NCBI GenBank assembly: GCA_905214945.1
Contig: CAJMOC010000004.1
Span: forward strand, 65,068-129,067
Source: an uncultured bacterium
Lineage (GTDB): Bacteria > Actinomycetota > Coriobacteriia > Coriobacteriales > Coriobacteriaceae
Length of the DNA: 64,000 nucleotides
Reading direction: 5' to 3'
In this document: piece by piece, positions 11,192-22,254 of the stretch
How the letters are laid out: each line of letters starts with the position of its first letter
How positions within the stretch are numbered: position 1 is the first letter of the stretch
Notes under the pieces: generated by a model
What the model was told of the DNA's origin: nothing
What the model saw: the letters and a program-made list of their open reading frames with translations, nothing else
Databases searched by the model: none
Translations under genes and position numbers: made by a program

Positions 11192-12205
11192 TTAGGCGGC
11201 TGCGGCGGCCTTGTCGGTCGTTGCTTTGCTGTGGCCCTGGCCCTCAAAATGCTTGTAGCACCAGCTGGTGACCAGCGGGGTCAAAATGGCCGTCACGATA
11301 GCACATGCTGCAACCTGCGCCGTAGCCGTCGCGAGCACCGCGCCGCCGTACATGGCCTCGTTGACGCTTGCCATGGCAGCAGGCGTGGCCACATTGGCTC
11401 CGGCGCAGCTCGAAATGGCCGCACCTGCGACACCCGTACCGCCCGTGAGCTTATCGACCGCGATGACGGGAATTGCAAAGACTACCGAGCAGATCACGCC
11501 GAGCAGGATGCCGGGAAGACCACCGTTGATAAGCTGGCCAAAGGTCATGGTCGAGCCCATGGCAAAGAAGACGAGCACGATGATGGCGGAAAGTGCCGGT
11601 GCCATCATCTTCTTAAAGCTCGGGAAGAGGTTACCCAGAATAATGCCGACGACGATCGGCAGGATGGCGCCCACGAGCGACCAACCGATCGGAGCCTGAC
11701 CGGCAGCGCCGAGCACGATCATCGTGACCGGAGGGCCGACAACCAGCGTGGTGATTGCGACGGCACCACGCTCGGCCTCATTGCCCATGGTGCCCATCAG
11801 ACCAGCGTACATAGCGTTGTTGGCGCCGGTGCAAGCGGCCAGCATCACCATGGCAGAGATGCCAAACAGGTTGTCGTTGAATACATAAAGGATGAGCAGC
11901 GACACGGCAACGACCACGATCTGCTTGACGGCGATGATGATGGCGCCGCGGGCAGCGGCGGCAGGAGCGCTCTTAAACGAAATCGTCGTACCGACGATGA
12001 GCAAAAAAGCGCCAACAAGCGGGCCTGCGCCCTGCTGGGTCATGCCGAGCGTAAAGCTGCCGAGCGTTTTGAACAGGTCGGGGAACAGCGTGTTGAGCAG
12101 GCAGCCCAACAAAAGCGGCACCAAAATATTGGCACCCGGGATGGAGGACATCTTAAAGAACGGCTCCTTTGCCGCCGGCGCCTCCACCGCAGTCGATTCA
12201 CTCAT
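11192..12205 (-). CDS. kdgT: 2-keto-3-deoxygluconate permease family transporter
   Basis: IPGANILVPLLLGCLLNTLFP...LGSFT matches the conserved KdgT N-terminus. Multi-TM. ATG 12205 follows AAGGAG. Confidence 0.75.
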   Translation of the reverse strand: MSESTAVEAPAAKEPFFKMSSIPGANILVPLLLGCLLNTLFPDLFKTLGSFTLGMTQQGAGPLVGAFLLIVGTTISFKSAPAAAARGAIIIAVKQIVVVAVSLLILYVFNDNLFGISAMVMLAACTGANNAMYAGLMGTMGNEAERGAVAITTLVVGPPVTMIVLGAAGQAPIGWSLVGAILPIVVGIILGNLFPSFKKMMAPALSAIIVLVFFAMGSTMTFGQLINGGLPGILLGVICSVVFAIPVIAVDKLTGGTGVAGAAISSCAGANVATPAAMASVNEAMYGGAVLATATAQVAACAIVTAILTPLVTSWCYKHFEGQGHSKATTDKAAAAA

Positions 12206-12262
12206 ATATATCTCCTTTGGATGCATGCGAATCGTAGCCGCACGCGCCTATGTCAGAAAGAA

Positions 12263-12294
12263 GGCGACGGTCCCGAGTCGCAGGAACCGTCGCC
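12263..12294 (-). terminator. Hairpin between SDR gene and kdgT (terminator or attenuator)
   Basis: GGCGACGGT/ACCGTCGCC 9-bp stem, followed on the minus strand by UUCUUUCU. Confidence 0.4.
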
Positions 12295-12313
12295 GAATAA
12301 TCGTCGTGGGGTA

Positions 12314-13063
12314 TTACCCGTCCAGGACGATGCCGCCGTCGCAGTCGCCGATCTCGCCGTTCACGAAGCTGGCGAGGTCGGAAGCGAAGAACAGCACCAT
12401 CTGCGCAGGCTCGCTGGCCTGGGCGGCGCGGCCCAGAGGAATACCGTTGATGATGCGCTGAGAGTTCTCGTCAGAGAGAATCGAGGTCATATCGGTAAGG
12501 GTGAGCGACGGGCACACGGCGTTGCAGCGGACGCCAAACTTGCCGCCTTCCTTGGCGACTGCCTTGGTTAGACCGTTAACACCGGCCTTGGAGCTCGCGT
12601 AAGCCGCGGTGCCGAGCAGGCCGCCACCGATCTTGCCCGCAACGGAACTCACGTTGACGATAGTGCCGGCATGGGCCGCCTTAAAGTGCGGGTACACAGC
12701 ATTCATCATAGTGAAGGTACCGTTGAGGTTGATGTCGATGGTACGACGCCACTCGGTGTCATCGATCTCGTCGAACTTCTTGGTGCTGATGACGCCAGCA
12801 CAGTTGATCAGGATGTTGGTTTGCGGCAGGTCCGTAAAAATCTGCTCGACGGTCTCGCGTGCCTTGGGTGCATCGGCGACATCGAGCTGATAGAACTTGT
12901 TGCCCTCGCCAAGCTCGACCACAGCGGCCTCGCCCTTGGCAGCGTTCCTTGCGATGAGCGCGACGTGTCCGCCGCCCGCGACGATGCCCTTGGCGATCTC
13001 GAGGCCAATGCCCTGAGTGCCGCCGGTAACGATCGCGGTTTTGCCCGTGAAGTCAAATGCCAT
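12314..13063 (-). CDS. SDR-family oxidoreductase
   Basis: TGGTQGIG cofactor motif and YASSK catalytic motif. 249 aa. Confidence 0.85.
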   Translation of the reverse strand: MAFDFTGKTAIVTGGTQGIGLEIAKGIVAGGGHVALIARNAAKGEAAVVELGEGNKFYQLDVADAPKARETVEQIFTDLPQTNILINCAGVISTKKFDEIDDTEWRRTIDINLNGTFTMMNAVYPHFKAAHAGTIVNVSSVAGKIGGGLLGTAAYASSKAGVNGLTKAVAKEGGKFGVRCNAVCPSLTLTDMTSILSDENSQRIINGIPLGRAAQASEPAQMVLFFASDLASFVNGEIGDCDGGIVLDG

Positions 13064-13261
13064 GACTCCAACCCCCTTGATTCAGGTGTCTCCTTGCGGG
13101 AAGTTGGAGCATCGCACGTGGCGATAAATGAGTCCCAGTCGTCATGGTGGTGACAACCCCTCGCCTAACCGCGGGCATAATAGTTCTTTGAAACGCTTCA
13201 GCAATTGAATGATTTTAAGTCTTTATGCGCTCTTTATATTGCCTAGCGGCCAAGTAGTTTT

Positions 13262-13281
13262 TTTTGGGACATGTCCCAAAA
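13262..13281. promoter_or_regulatory. Perfect 20-bp palindrome, candidate MarR operator
   Basis: TTTTGGGACATGTCCCAAAA, 73 nt upstream of the marR GTG start, in the divergent SDR/marR intergenic region. Confidence 0.5.
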
Positions 13282-13353
13282 TCTACCGCATAGGGTACGC
13301 GTGCAAGGGTATCATCTTTCACCGAAAATAGTTTCTAGTGTTAGGGGTTTTCG

Positions 13354-13799
13354 GTGGAAGATACCGATTTCCATGAGCTTGGGCGTCAGCTCTTAACTGA
13401 GTTTGGCAGCATGCATCAGCGCATTTCGCGCTTTGCGGACAAAGCTCTCGGCGGCGAGATGGCTGTCATGCGCGCTCTCATGCTCGCTGGCGGTTCGCTC
13501 ACGCCAAGCGAACTCGCTGATCGCGCCTGGGTCTCGAGCGCCCGCATCGCCAACATCCTGCGCGCCCTCGAAACCAAGGGCTGGGTCGAGCGCGAGCACT
13601 CAAAGACCGACCGTCGTCGCGTACACGTCACGGTGACCGACAAAGGCCGACAAGATCTCGAAATCAAACGTCGGGAATTCGAGAAACGCACCGCGGCCTT
13701 CCTCGAGCAGCTCGGCGAAACAGATACCCAAGAGATGGTGCGCCTCCTAAGGCGTGCCAACGAAATTATCGATCGCAATCAAGAAAGGAGAGATGCCGA

Positions 13800-13803
<4 letters not shown>
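13354..13803 (+). CDS. MarR-family transcriptional regulator
   Basis: 149 aa. Winged-HTH region LTPSELADRAWVSSARIANILRALETKGWVERE..DRR. GTG start. Confidence 0.85.
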
Positions 13804-16165
<2,362 letters not shown>

Positions 16166-16166
<1 letters not shown>

Positions 16167-18022
16167 TGGCCGACGAGACCAAGACTCAGATTCCCAAGCC
16201 CACCCGCCGGCGCGGTCCCATGGGCCGCATGGGTGGCATGGGCCGCGGCGAAAAGGCCAAGGACTTTAAGGGCACCATGAGGCAGCTACTCGGCTATATC
16301 GGTCAGCACAAGATTGCCGTGTTTGCCGCCGTCGCCTTTGCCGTGTGCTCGGTCATCTTTAACATTGTGGGACCCAAGGTGCTCGGCCAGGTTACGACCA
16401 AACTGTTCGAAGGCCTGGTCTCCAAGGTCAACGGTACCGGCGATGTCGACTTTGCCTGGATCGCCAAGACGCTCGGCTTTTTGCTCTGCCTGTATCTGGC
16501 AAGCTCTGCCTGCAGCCTGATCCAAGGCTGGCTCATGACCGGCGTCACACAAAAGATCTGCTATCGCATGCGCAAGGAGATTGCCGCCAAGATTGCCGTC
16601 GTGCCGATGAGCTACTTCAACGGCCACAGCAAGGGCGACGTGCTCAGCCGCATCACTAACGATGTCGATACGCTCGGCCAGTCGCTCAACCAGAGCGTGA
16701 CGCAGCTCATCACGTCGGTGACGCAGATTATCGGCGTGCTCGTCATGATGCTGTCGATCAGCCTGCCGCTCACCGGCGTTACCGTGCTCACGCTGCCGGC
16801 AGCCGCGATTATCCTGACCGTGATGATTCACTTCTCGCAGCCGTACTTCCGCGAGCAACAGCAAGTCCTGGGCGCCGTCAACGGCATTATCGAGGAGGAC
16901 TTTGCCGGCCAGAACGTTATTCAGGTGTTCGACCGCGCCGAGGCCTCAATCGAGGAGTTCGACCGTCAAAACGACCGTCTCTTTATTAGTGGCTGGCGCT
17001 CGCAGTTCCTATCGGGCCTGATGATGCCGCTTATGAGCTTGGTGGGCAACATGGGCTACGTGGGCGTTGTCGTGGTGGGCGCACAGCTCGCGCTGACCGG
17101 CAATGCCACGCCCGGCGACATCCAGAGCTTTATCCAGTACGTGCGCAACTTTACGCAACCCGTGCAGCAGCTGGGCAACGTGAGCAACACGATGCAGTCG
17201 ATGGCCGCTGCCACCGAGCGCGTCTTTGAGTTCCTCGCCGCGCCCGAGGAGGAGCAGAAGGCCGACGCCCAGATTCCCGAGAAGCGCCCCGGCCACGTTG
17301 AGTTCGACCACGTCAAGTTTGGCTACACGCCCGACAAGACCATCATCCACGACTTTAGCTGCGAGGCGCAGCCCGGTCAGACCATCGCCATCGTCGGCCC
17401 CACCGGCGCCGGCAAGACCACGCTCATTAAGCTGCTGCAGCGTTTCTACGACGTGGACGGCGGTTCGCTGCGCGTCGAGGGCGTCGACGTGCGCGACTGG
17501 GACCGCGCGGCACTGCGCGGCGAGTTTGCCATGGTGCTGCAGGATACCTGGCTGTTTAACGGCACCATCCGCGAGAACATCCGCTACGGACGTCCCGATG
17601 CGACCGACGCCGAGGTCGAGGCCGCCGCGCGCGCCGCACGCTGCGACCACTTTATCCATACGCTCGCCGGCGGCTACGACTTTATGATCAATGAGGAGGG
17701 CACCAACCTCTCACAGGGCCAGCGCCAACTCGTGACCATCGCCCGCGCCATTTTGGCCGACCGTCCGGCGCTGATTTTGGACGAGGCGACTTCCAACGTC
17801 GATACCCGTACCGAGGAGCTTATTCAGCGCGCCATGGATGCGCTGATGCAGGGCCGCACGAGCTTTGTCATCGCGCATCGCCTGTCCACGATCCGCAACG
17901 CCGACGTGATCTTGGTGATTCGCGACGGCGACATCGTCGAGAAGGGCACGCACGACGAGCTGCTCGCCCAAGGCGGCTTCTACGCCGACCTGTACAATTC
18001 GCAGTTCGACGAAGCGGCGTAA
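16166..18022 (+). CDS. ABC exporter permease/ATPase (heterodimer partner)
   Basis: GPTGAGKTT, LSQGQRQL, LILDEATSNVD. TAATG overlap with the upstream gene. Confidence 0.9.
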
Positions 18023-18053
18023 ATTCTGCCGCAGGGAACGAATAACGCCCGAG

Positions 18054-18090
18054 AACGGGGGCGCAGGACAGCCTGCGCCCCCGTTTTTTG
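18054..18090 (+). terminator. Rho-independent terminator of the ABC operon
   Basis: AACGGGGGCGCAGG / CCTGCGCCCCCGTT stem followed by TTTTT. Confidence 0.8.
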
Positions 18091-18149
18091 TTCTGCGGCC
18101 CTCGAACCGCCTCCCCTGGGACCTGATTGACGCCCTCCCTCAAGGCCCC

Positions 18150-18379
18150 GTGGACAAAAAATGGCAAATATGAGTACTGTCACCTTTTTAGTAACAGCCA
18201 AAACTGCCCCAAACGACCTCATTGCGGCCTAGATATGCCTTCAAATTGATCAAAATGCCCGGTAGCATGCTTCTGTGTGCCAACGTTAATGAACATATTT
18301 ACTGTTGTGTCTATTATCTTGTAAGATCGATATGATACTACGCTAGCAACAGTACTCATATTTGCCATTTTTTGTCCAC
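18150..18379. mobile_element. MITE-like element: perfect 31-bp terminal inverted repeats around an AT-rich 168-bp core
   Basis: GTGGACAAAAAATGGCAAATATGAGTACTGT (18150-18180) is the exact reverse complement of 18349-18379. No convincing ORF inside. Confidence 0.6.
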
Positions 18380-18451
18380 AGGGTATGCCGCAGAAGATCC
18401 AACTTGCTCCAGCGTGCCGTACGTTGGCCCTCCCCTTCCGGCGAGCGCCGA

Positions 18452-18490
18452 CATTTCCCCAGATAAAACCGACCAAAATAAACCTGTCCC
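18452..18490 (-). repeat. Family-D 5' module, isolated copy
   Basis: Minus strand reads GGGACAGGTTTATTTTGGTCGGTTTTATCTGGGGAAATG, matching the start of the repeats at 25338 and 39200. Confidence 0.7.
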
Positions 18491-18592
18491 TTTTCGGCAG
18501 GTTTCACTTGCACTTTAGCGTGCGACAGCGGATAATGCCGAGCATTCGAGAATTCGCCAATTGTTGCCGTTAATTGATAAAGGAGGCCCCAT

Positions 18593-19624
18593 ATGGCCAT
18601 GGAATTCAAGCGCAGGTTGCCGATCCCCATGGAGATCCGCGAGGAAATGCCGCTTTCCGCCGAGCTTACCGCCAAAAAGCAGGCATTCGACGCCGAGGTC
18701 GCCAAGGTCTTTACCGGCGAGGACGCACGCAAAGTGCTCATCATCGGCCCGTGCTCTGCCGACCGCGAGGACTCGGTGCTTGAATACATGAACCGACTGG
18801 CCAAGGTCGCCGAAGAGGTCAAGGACAAGCTCATCATCATTCCGCGTGTCTACACCAACAAGCCGCGCACCAAGGGCACCGGCTACAAGGGTCTGCTGCA
18901 CAACCCCGACCCCGAGGCGCCCGATGACCTGCTCGAAGGCGTTAAAGCCATTCGCCACATGCACCTGCGCGTCATCGAGGAGACCAGTTTCTTTACCGCC
19001 GACGAGATGCTCTACCCGTCCAACTACCAGTACCTCGTCGACCTGCTGAGCTACGTTGCCGTGGGCGCGCGCTCGGTCGAAAACCAGGAGCATCGCCTGG
19101 TGTCGAGCGGCATTTCGGTGCCCGTCGGCATGAAAAACCCCACCGCCGGTTCCACCACCGTCATGCTTAACTCCATCTACGCCGCCCAGGCACATCAAAG
19201 CTTCATCTTCCGCAACTGGGAGGTTGAGTGCGACGGCAACCCGCTCGCACACGCCGTCATGCGTGGCTACATCGGTCTCGACGGTCGCACCTACCCCAAC
19301 TACCACTACGAGCACCTGGAGCGCCTGGCCGAGCGCTATACCGAGCATGCCGGCTACGCCAACCCGGCGGCGGTCATCGACTGCAACCACGACAACTCGG
19401 GCAAGCGCCCGCTGGAGCAGTACCGCATCTGCAAGGAGGTGCTCGACAGCTGCCGCCGCAACGAGTCCATCTCCAAGCTGGTCAAGGGCTTTATGATCGA
19501 GTCTTACCTTGAGGACGGCAACCAGCCGGTCGATGGCGGTGTCTTTGGTAAGTCGATCACCGACCCGTGCCTGGGCTGGGAAAAGACCGACTACCTCATC
19601 CACGAGATCGCGGAGCGGGTTTAG
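18593..19624 (+). CDS. 3-deoxy-7-phosphoheptulonate (DAHP) synthase, class I
   Basis: LIIGPCS...RVYTNKPRT..GYKGL...GARSVENQ.HR...S.PVGMKN blocks as in AroF/G/H. RBS AAAGGAGG. Confidence 0.9.
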   Translation: MAMEFKRRLPIPMEIREEMPLSAELTAKKQAFDAEVAKVFTGEDARKVLIIGPCSADREDSVLEYMNRLAKVAEEVKDKLIIIPRVYTNKPRTKGTGYKGLLHNPDPEAPDDLLEGVKAIRHMHLRVIEETSFFTADEMLYPSNYQYLVDLLSYVAVGARSVENQEHRLVSSGISVPVGMKNPTAGSTTVMLNSIYAAQAHQSFIFRNWEVECDGNPLAHAVMRGYIGLDGRTYPNYHYEHLERLAERYTEHAGYANPAAVIDCNHDNSGKRPLEQYRICKEVLDSCRRNESISKLVKGFMIESYLEDGNQPVDGGVFGKSITDPCLGWEKTDYLIHEIAERV

Positions 19625-19717
19625 TTACGCGGGCCGTCCTCTACCTGCGGCGTTGTCTTACTCCGGATGCGGCAGTTAGGGACGTTCCTTCTAATATGAG
19701 CAGGACATTGTCAAGAG

Positions 19718-20012
19718 GCAAAATCGGGCCTGGCCCCAACGATATGGGGTCAGGCCCTCTCCCTATATCAACCCGTCCGCGGTGACCTCGGCGTGTCTTA
19801 CCGACGCTCGTCTTTGCAGTTTAATATCCGCCCGTGGCGATCTCTCGCTGGGCAATCCGTTGCTACGGCTGAGGCTTCTACGTCGAACCGACAGTCTGTG
19901 CACGCGTGTGGCGCCCTGGGCGCTCGCAGAAAAGGGACCTGAGGTTCGCCTCAACGGCTTCGGATCGAACCGCTTCCGGGGTGATTGGCTTATGTGCGGG
20001 GGACCGCCCCCC
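19718..20012 (-). ncRNA. Candidate IS-encoded bridge/guide RNA in the long 3' non-coding end
   Basis: About 300 nt of non-coding DNA after the recombinase stop. Multiple short GC stems. Terminal hairpin 19726-19757 plus GAUUUUG. The internal 13-mer 19888-19900 resembles sequences flanking both IS ends. Confidence 0.3.
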
Positions 20013-21125
20013 CTACGCCTCCTCGGCCATGAGGCCGACCGCCCACACCCAGCAGGCGAGCTCGCGCGCCGTGGCCACGTTCGCCTTGTTGCCGTGGACC
20101 CCGCGCGCGAGCAGCGCCTCCCGCCTCTCGACCAGCCTCCGCACGCCCTTGGCGGCATGCCTCCGGGCGGCCGGGTCCGGGGCCTGGCCCTTGGCGAGGT
20201 CCTTCGGCCGCCCGGAGCACGTCAGGTAGTGCCACGCGGCCTCGACCAGCGTCTTTCTCAGGTGCTTGTTGCCGGCCTTGGTGATCGCGCCCCTGCGGTC
20301 GCTCTCCCCGCTGGAGTGCTCGGAGGGCGTCAGGCCGACCCACGCGGCGAACGAGCGGGCATTCCTGAACCTCGAGAACTCGCCGGCCTCGAACACGAGG
20401 TCGGCGGCGGAAGCGGTGTCGACGCCCTTGAGGCAGCGCAGGGAGTCGACCCTCCTCCTCCACCTGGGCTTGCGGGCCTCGCCCTCGACGAGCCTCTCGA
20501 GCCTCGCCTTCTCCTCCGCCGCCCGCCTGACCGCGTCGACGTAGTAGGCGAGCACCTCCTCGTCGGCCCCCTCCGCGAACCTTATCGACTCGATCCAGGA
20601 CCAGTGGGCCCGGGTCCAGTTGCCCTTCCTGCGGCCGGTGGGCGTCCTCTCGTCGAAGACGAAGCCGTGCCTGAGCAGGAACTTGGAGAGCCGCTGCTTC
20701 GAGCGCGAGAGGTCGTCCCTCGCGTCCTCGAGCGCCCTGGTCAGGTCGCGGGCGGCCTCGCACTCGTCGTCGGGGACCCACACCTCGACCACGTTGCCGA
20801 CCGACAGCATGCGGGCGAGGAACTCGGCGTCGTTGCGGTCGTTCTTCCTGCGCCTGTCCGCGCTGGGCTTGATCATCTTCGAGACGGCGCCGACCACGCA
20901 GTCGACCCCCAGGCCGGAGAGCCTCTTCTGCAGGTCGAAGCCCGTGACCCCGGACTCGTACACGCACCTGGCCCTGGGGTCCACGGAGCGGACCCACTCC
21001 GCGACGGCGCCGGCGTCGTAGCCGAAGGTCGCGGCGCGCACCTCCCCGGTCATGACGTCGAGGGAGACGGCCTTTATCGAGCGGGCGTGGACGTCGAGGC
21101 CGACGAAGGTGGTAGTATCGAGCAT
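20013..21125 (-). CDS. IS110-family transposase/recombinase
   Basis: N-terminal FVGLDVH and VYESGVTG (DEDD fold). C-terminal GLTPSEHSSGES..GAITKAGNKHLR block typical of the family. Start at 21125 or 21140. Confidence 0.9.
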   Translation of the reverse strand: MLDTTTFVGLDVHARSIKAVSLDVMTGEVRAATFGYDAGAVAEWVRSVDPRARCVYESGVTGFDLQKRLSGLGVDCVVGAVSKMIKPSADRRRKNDRNDAEFLARMLSVGNVVEVWVPDDECEAARDLTRALEDARDDLSRSKQRLSKFLLRHGFVFDERTPTGRRKGNWTRAHWSWIESIRFAEGADEEVLAYYVDAVRRAAEEKARLERLVEGEARKPRWRRRVDSLRCLKGVDTASAADLVFEAGEFSRFRNARSFAAWVGLTPSEHSSGESDRRGAITKAGNKHLRKTLVEAAWHYLTCSGRPKDLAKGQAPDPAARRHAAKGVRRLVERREALLARGVHGNKANVATARELACWVWAVGLMAEEA

Positions 21126-21283
21126 GGGAGCCCCTTCCATGAATGCGGCGTGGCCGCTGCGGCTGAATTAGACACTCACCATTGTCGGCCTAATCCGCGG
21201 TCTTTCATGCAGCAGGGGCTCTCAATGTTTTTATGTCCTGCTCATATCGTCTCTGCCGGCAGTCTGGGATGTTCCTTGGGGTA

Positions 21284-21411
21284 GTCATTGGGGACGTTCT
21301 TTAATGACTGGTCGTTTAAGAACGTCCCCAACGACTACCCAGAATGAGAGTGGATAATCTCCCGTTTTTGGCCTATACCAGCGCTAAAAGTGGGAGATTA
21401 TCCACTCTCAT
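21284..21411. repeat. Family-B double-hairpin repeat, copy 1
   Basis: Hairpin 1: GTCATTGGGGACGTTCTT...AAGAACGTCCCCAACGAC. Hairpin 2: ATGAGAGTGGATAATCTCCC...GGGAGATTATCCACTCTCAT. A second copy lies at 53706-53831. Confidence 0.85.
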
Positions 21412-21559
21412 CGAGCAAGTGTCCGAAAATCCGCCCTCATTCCTTCTTAGGACCCTCCGTCCCCGAGGATTCGAGGCTCGCCTGCCGAATGGTCGATGCG
21501 GCCGTCCTGCGTCCATGTCACACTCAGGGGTGGCCTGACCCAACTTGGAAGGAGCCCCC

Positions 21560-22210
21560 ATGAGCCTTGACAACGTAACTCTGCGTGCCGCCACGCTTGA
21601 TGACCTGGCCGGCATCGCCGCCATCTACAACCAGCTGTGGTGCAACACGCTGCGCAACCGAGGCGACGTCGAAGCCGCCGATTTCTGTGCGCGCTTTAAC
21701 ATCGCCATGCAGCTGCAGCGCTCCCCCATCGCGCTCGTTGCCGAAGCTGAAGGCCGCATCATCGCCGCTTGCTGCATCGGTATCTTCGAAGACGGCAAAC
21801 CACGCACCAATCCCACGTGGGAGCCCTGCTACAACGAAATGTTCGTCCAGGCAACCGAGATGGCAAAGACCGCCGATGCCAAGCTCGAAGGCTCGCTCTT
21901 TGGCGATAGCCGCGAGAAGGCAACAGCCGACCGCTTTGCCGCCACGGGCAACGAATATGCCCAGGGCCAGCTCAACCTGATCATCATCGTGCCCGAATGG
22001 CAGGGCAAGGGGCTCGGCCGTGCGCTCATCGACCTTGCGCGCGCCGAACTCGCCAAAGACGGGTGCACCAAATTCTTCCTGATGAGCGACTGCAACTCCG
22101 ACTGGCAGTTCTACGAGCACCTCAACATGAAGCGCATCTTGGAGGATCACAGCCAGGACACCGGCGACGGATTTATCGTCTATATGTACGGAGGCGACAC
22201 GCAGGATTAA
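21560..22210 (+). CDS. GNAT-family N-acetyltransferase
   Basis: QGKGLGRALIDLA acetyl-CoA-binding motif. ATG 21560 follows GGAAGGAG. Confidence 0.8.
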   Translation: MSLDNVTLRAATLDDLAGIAAIYNQLWCNTLRNRGDVEAADFCARFNIAMQLQRSPIALVAEAEGRIIAACCIGIFEDGKPRTNPTWEPCYNEMFVQATEMAKTADAKLEGSLFGDSREKATADRFAATGNEYAQGQLNLIIIVPEWQGKGLGRALIDLARAELAKDGCTKFFLMSDCNSDWQFYEHLNMKRILEDHSQDTGDGFIVYMYGGDTQD

Positions 22211-22254
22211 CTTGCATGTCGCCTCACGGGCTTTCTACAAGACGGCCCAAACCA

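Larger units (their letters stand above)
19694..21247 (-). mobile_element. IS110-family (IS1111-like) insertion sequence, minimal extent defined by 15-bp inverted repeats
   Basis: ATATGAGCAGGACAT at 19694-19708 and its reverse complement at 21233-21247 enclose a DEDD/Ser recombinase gene. True ends may extend to 19691 and 21277. Confidence 0.8.

Noticed and set aside
19709-19714. Perfect TTGACA -35 box at the outward-facing end of the IS, as half of a circle-junction promoter.
   Set aside because: I could not find a credible -10 hexamer at 16-18 nt under either boundary model, or in the present flank. It is kept only as a note for whoever maps the true ends.
19782-21284. 500-aa plus-strand ORF spanning the IS element.
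   Set aside because: It is antisense to the well-supported IS110-family recombinase gene. It is Pro/Arg/Gly/Leu-rich, has no RBS, and runs across the IS boundary.
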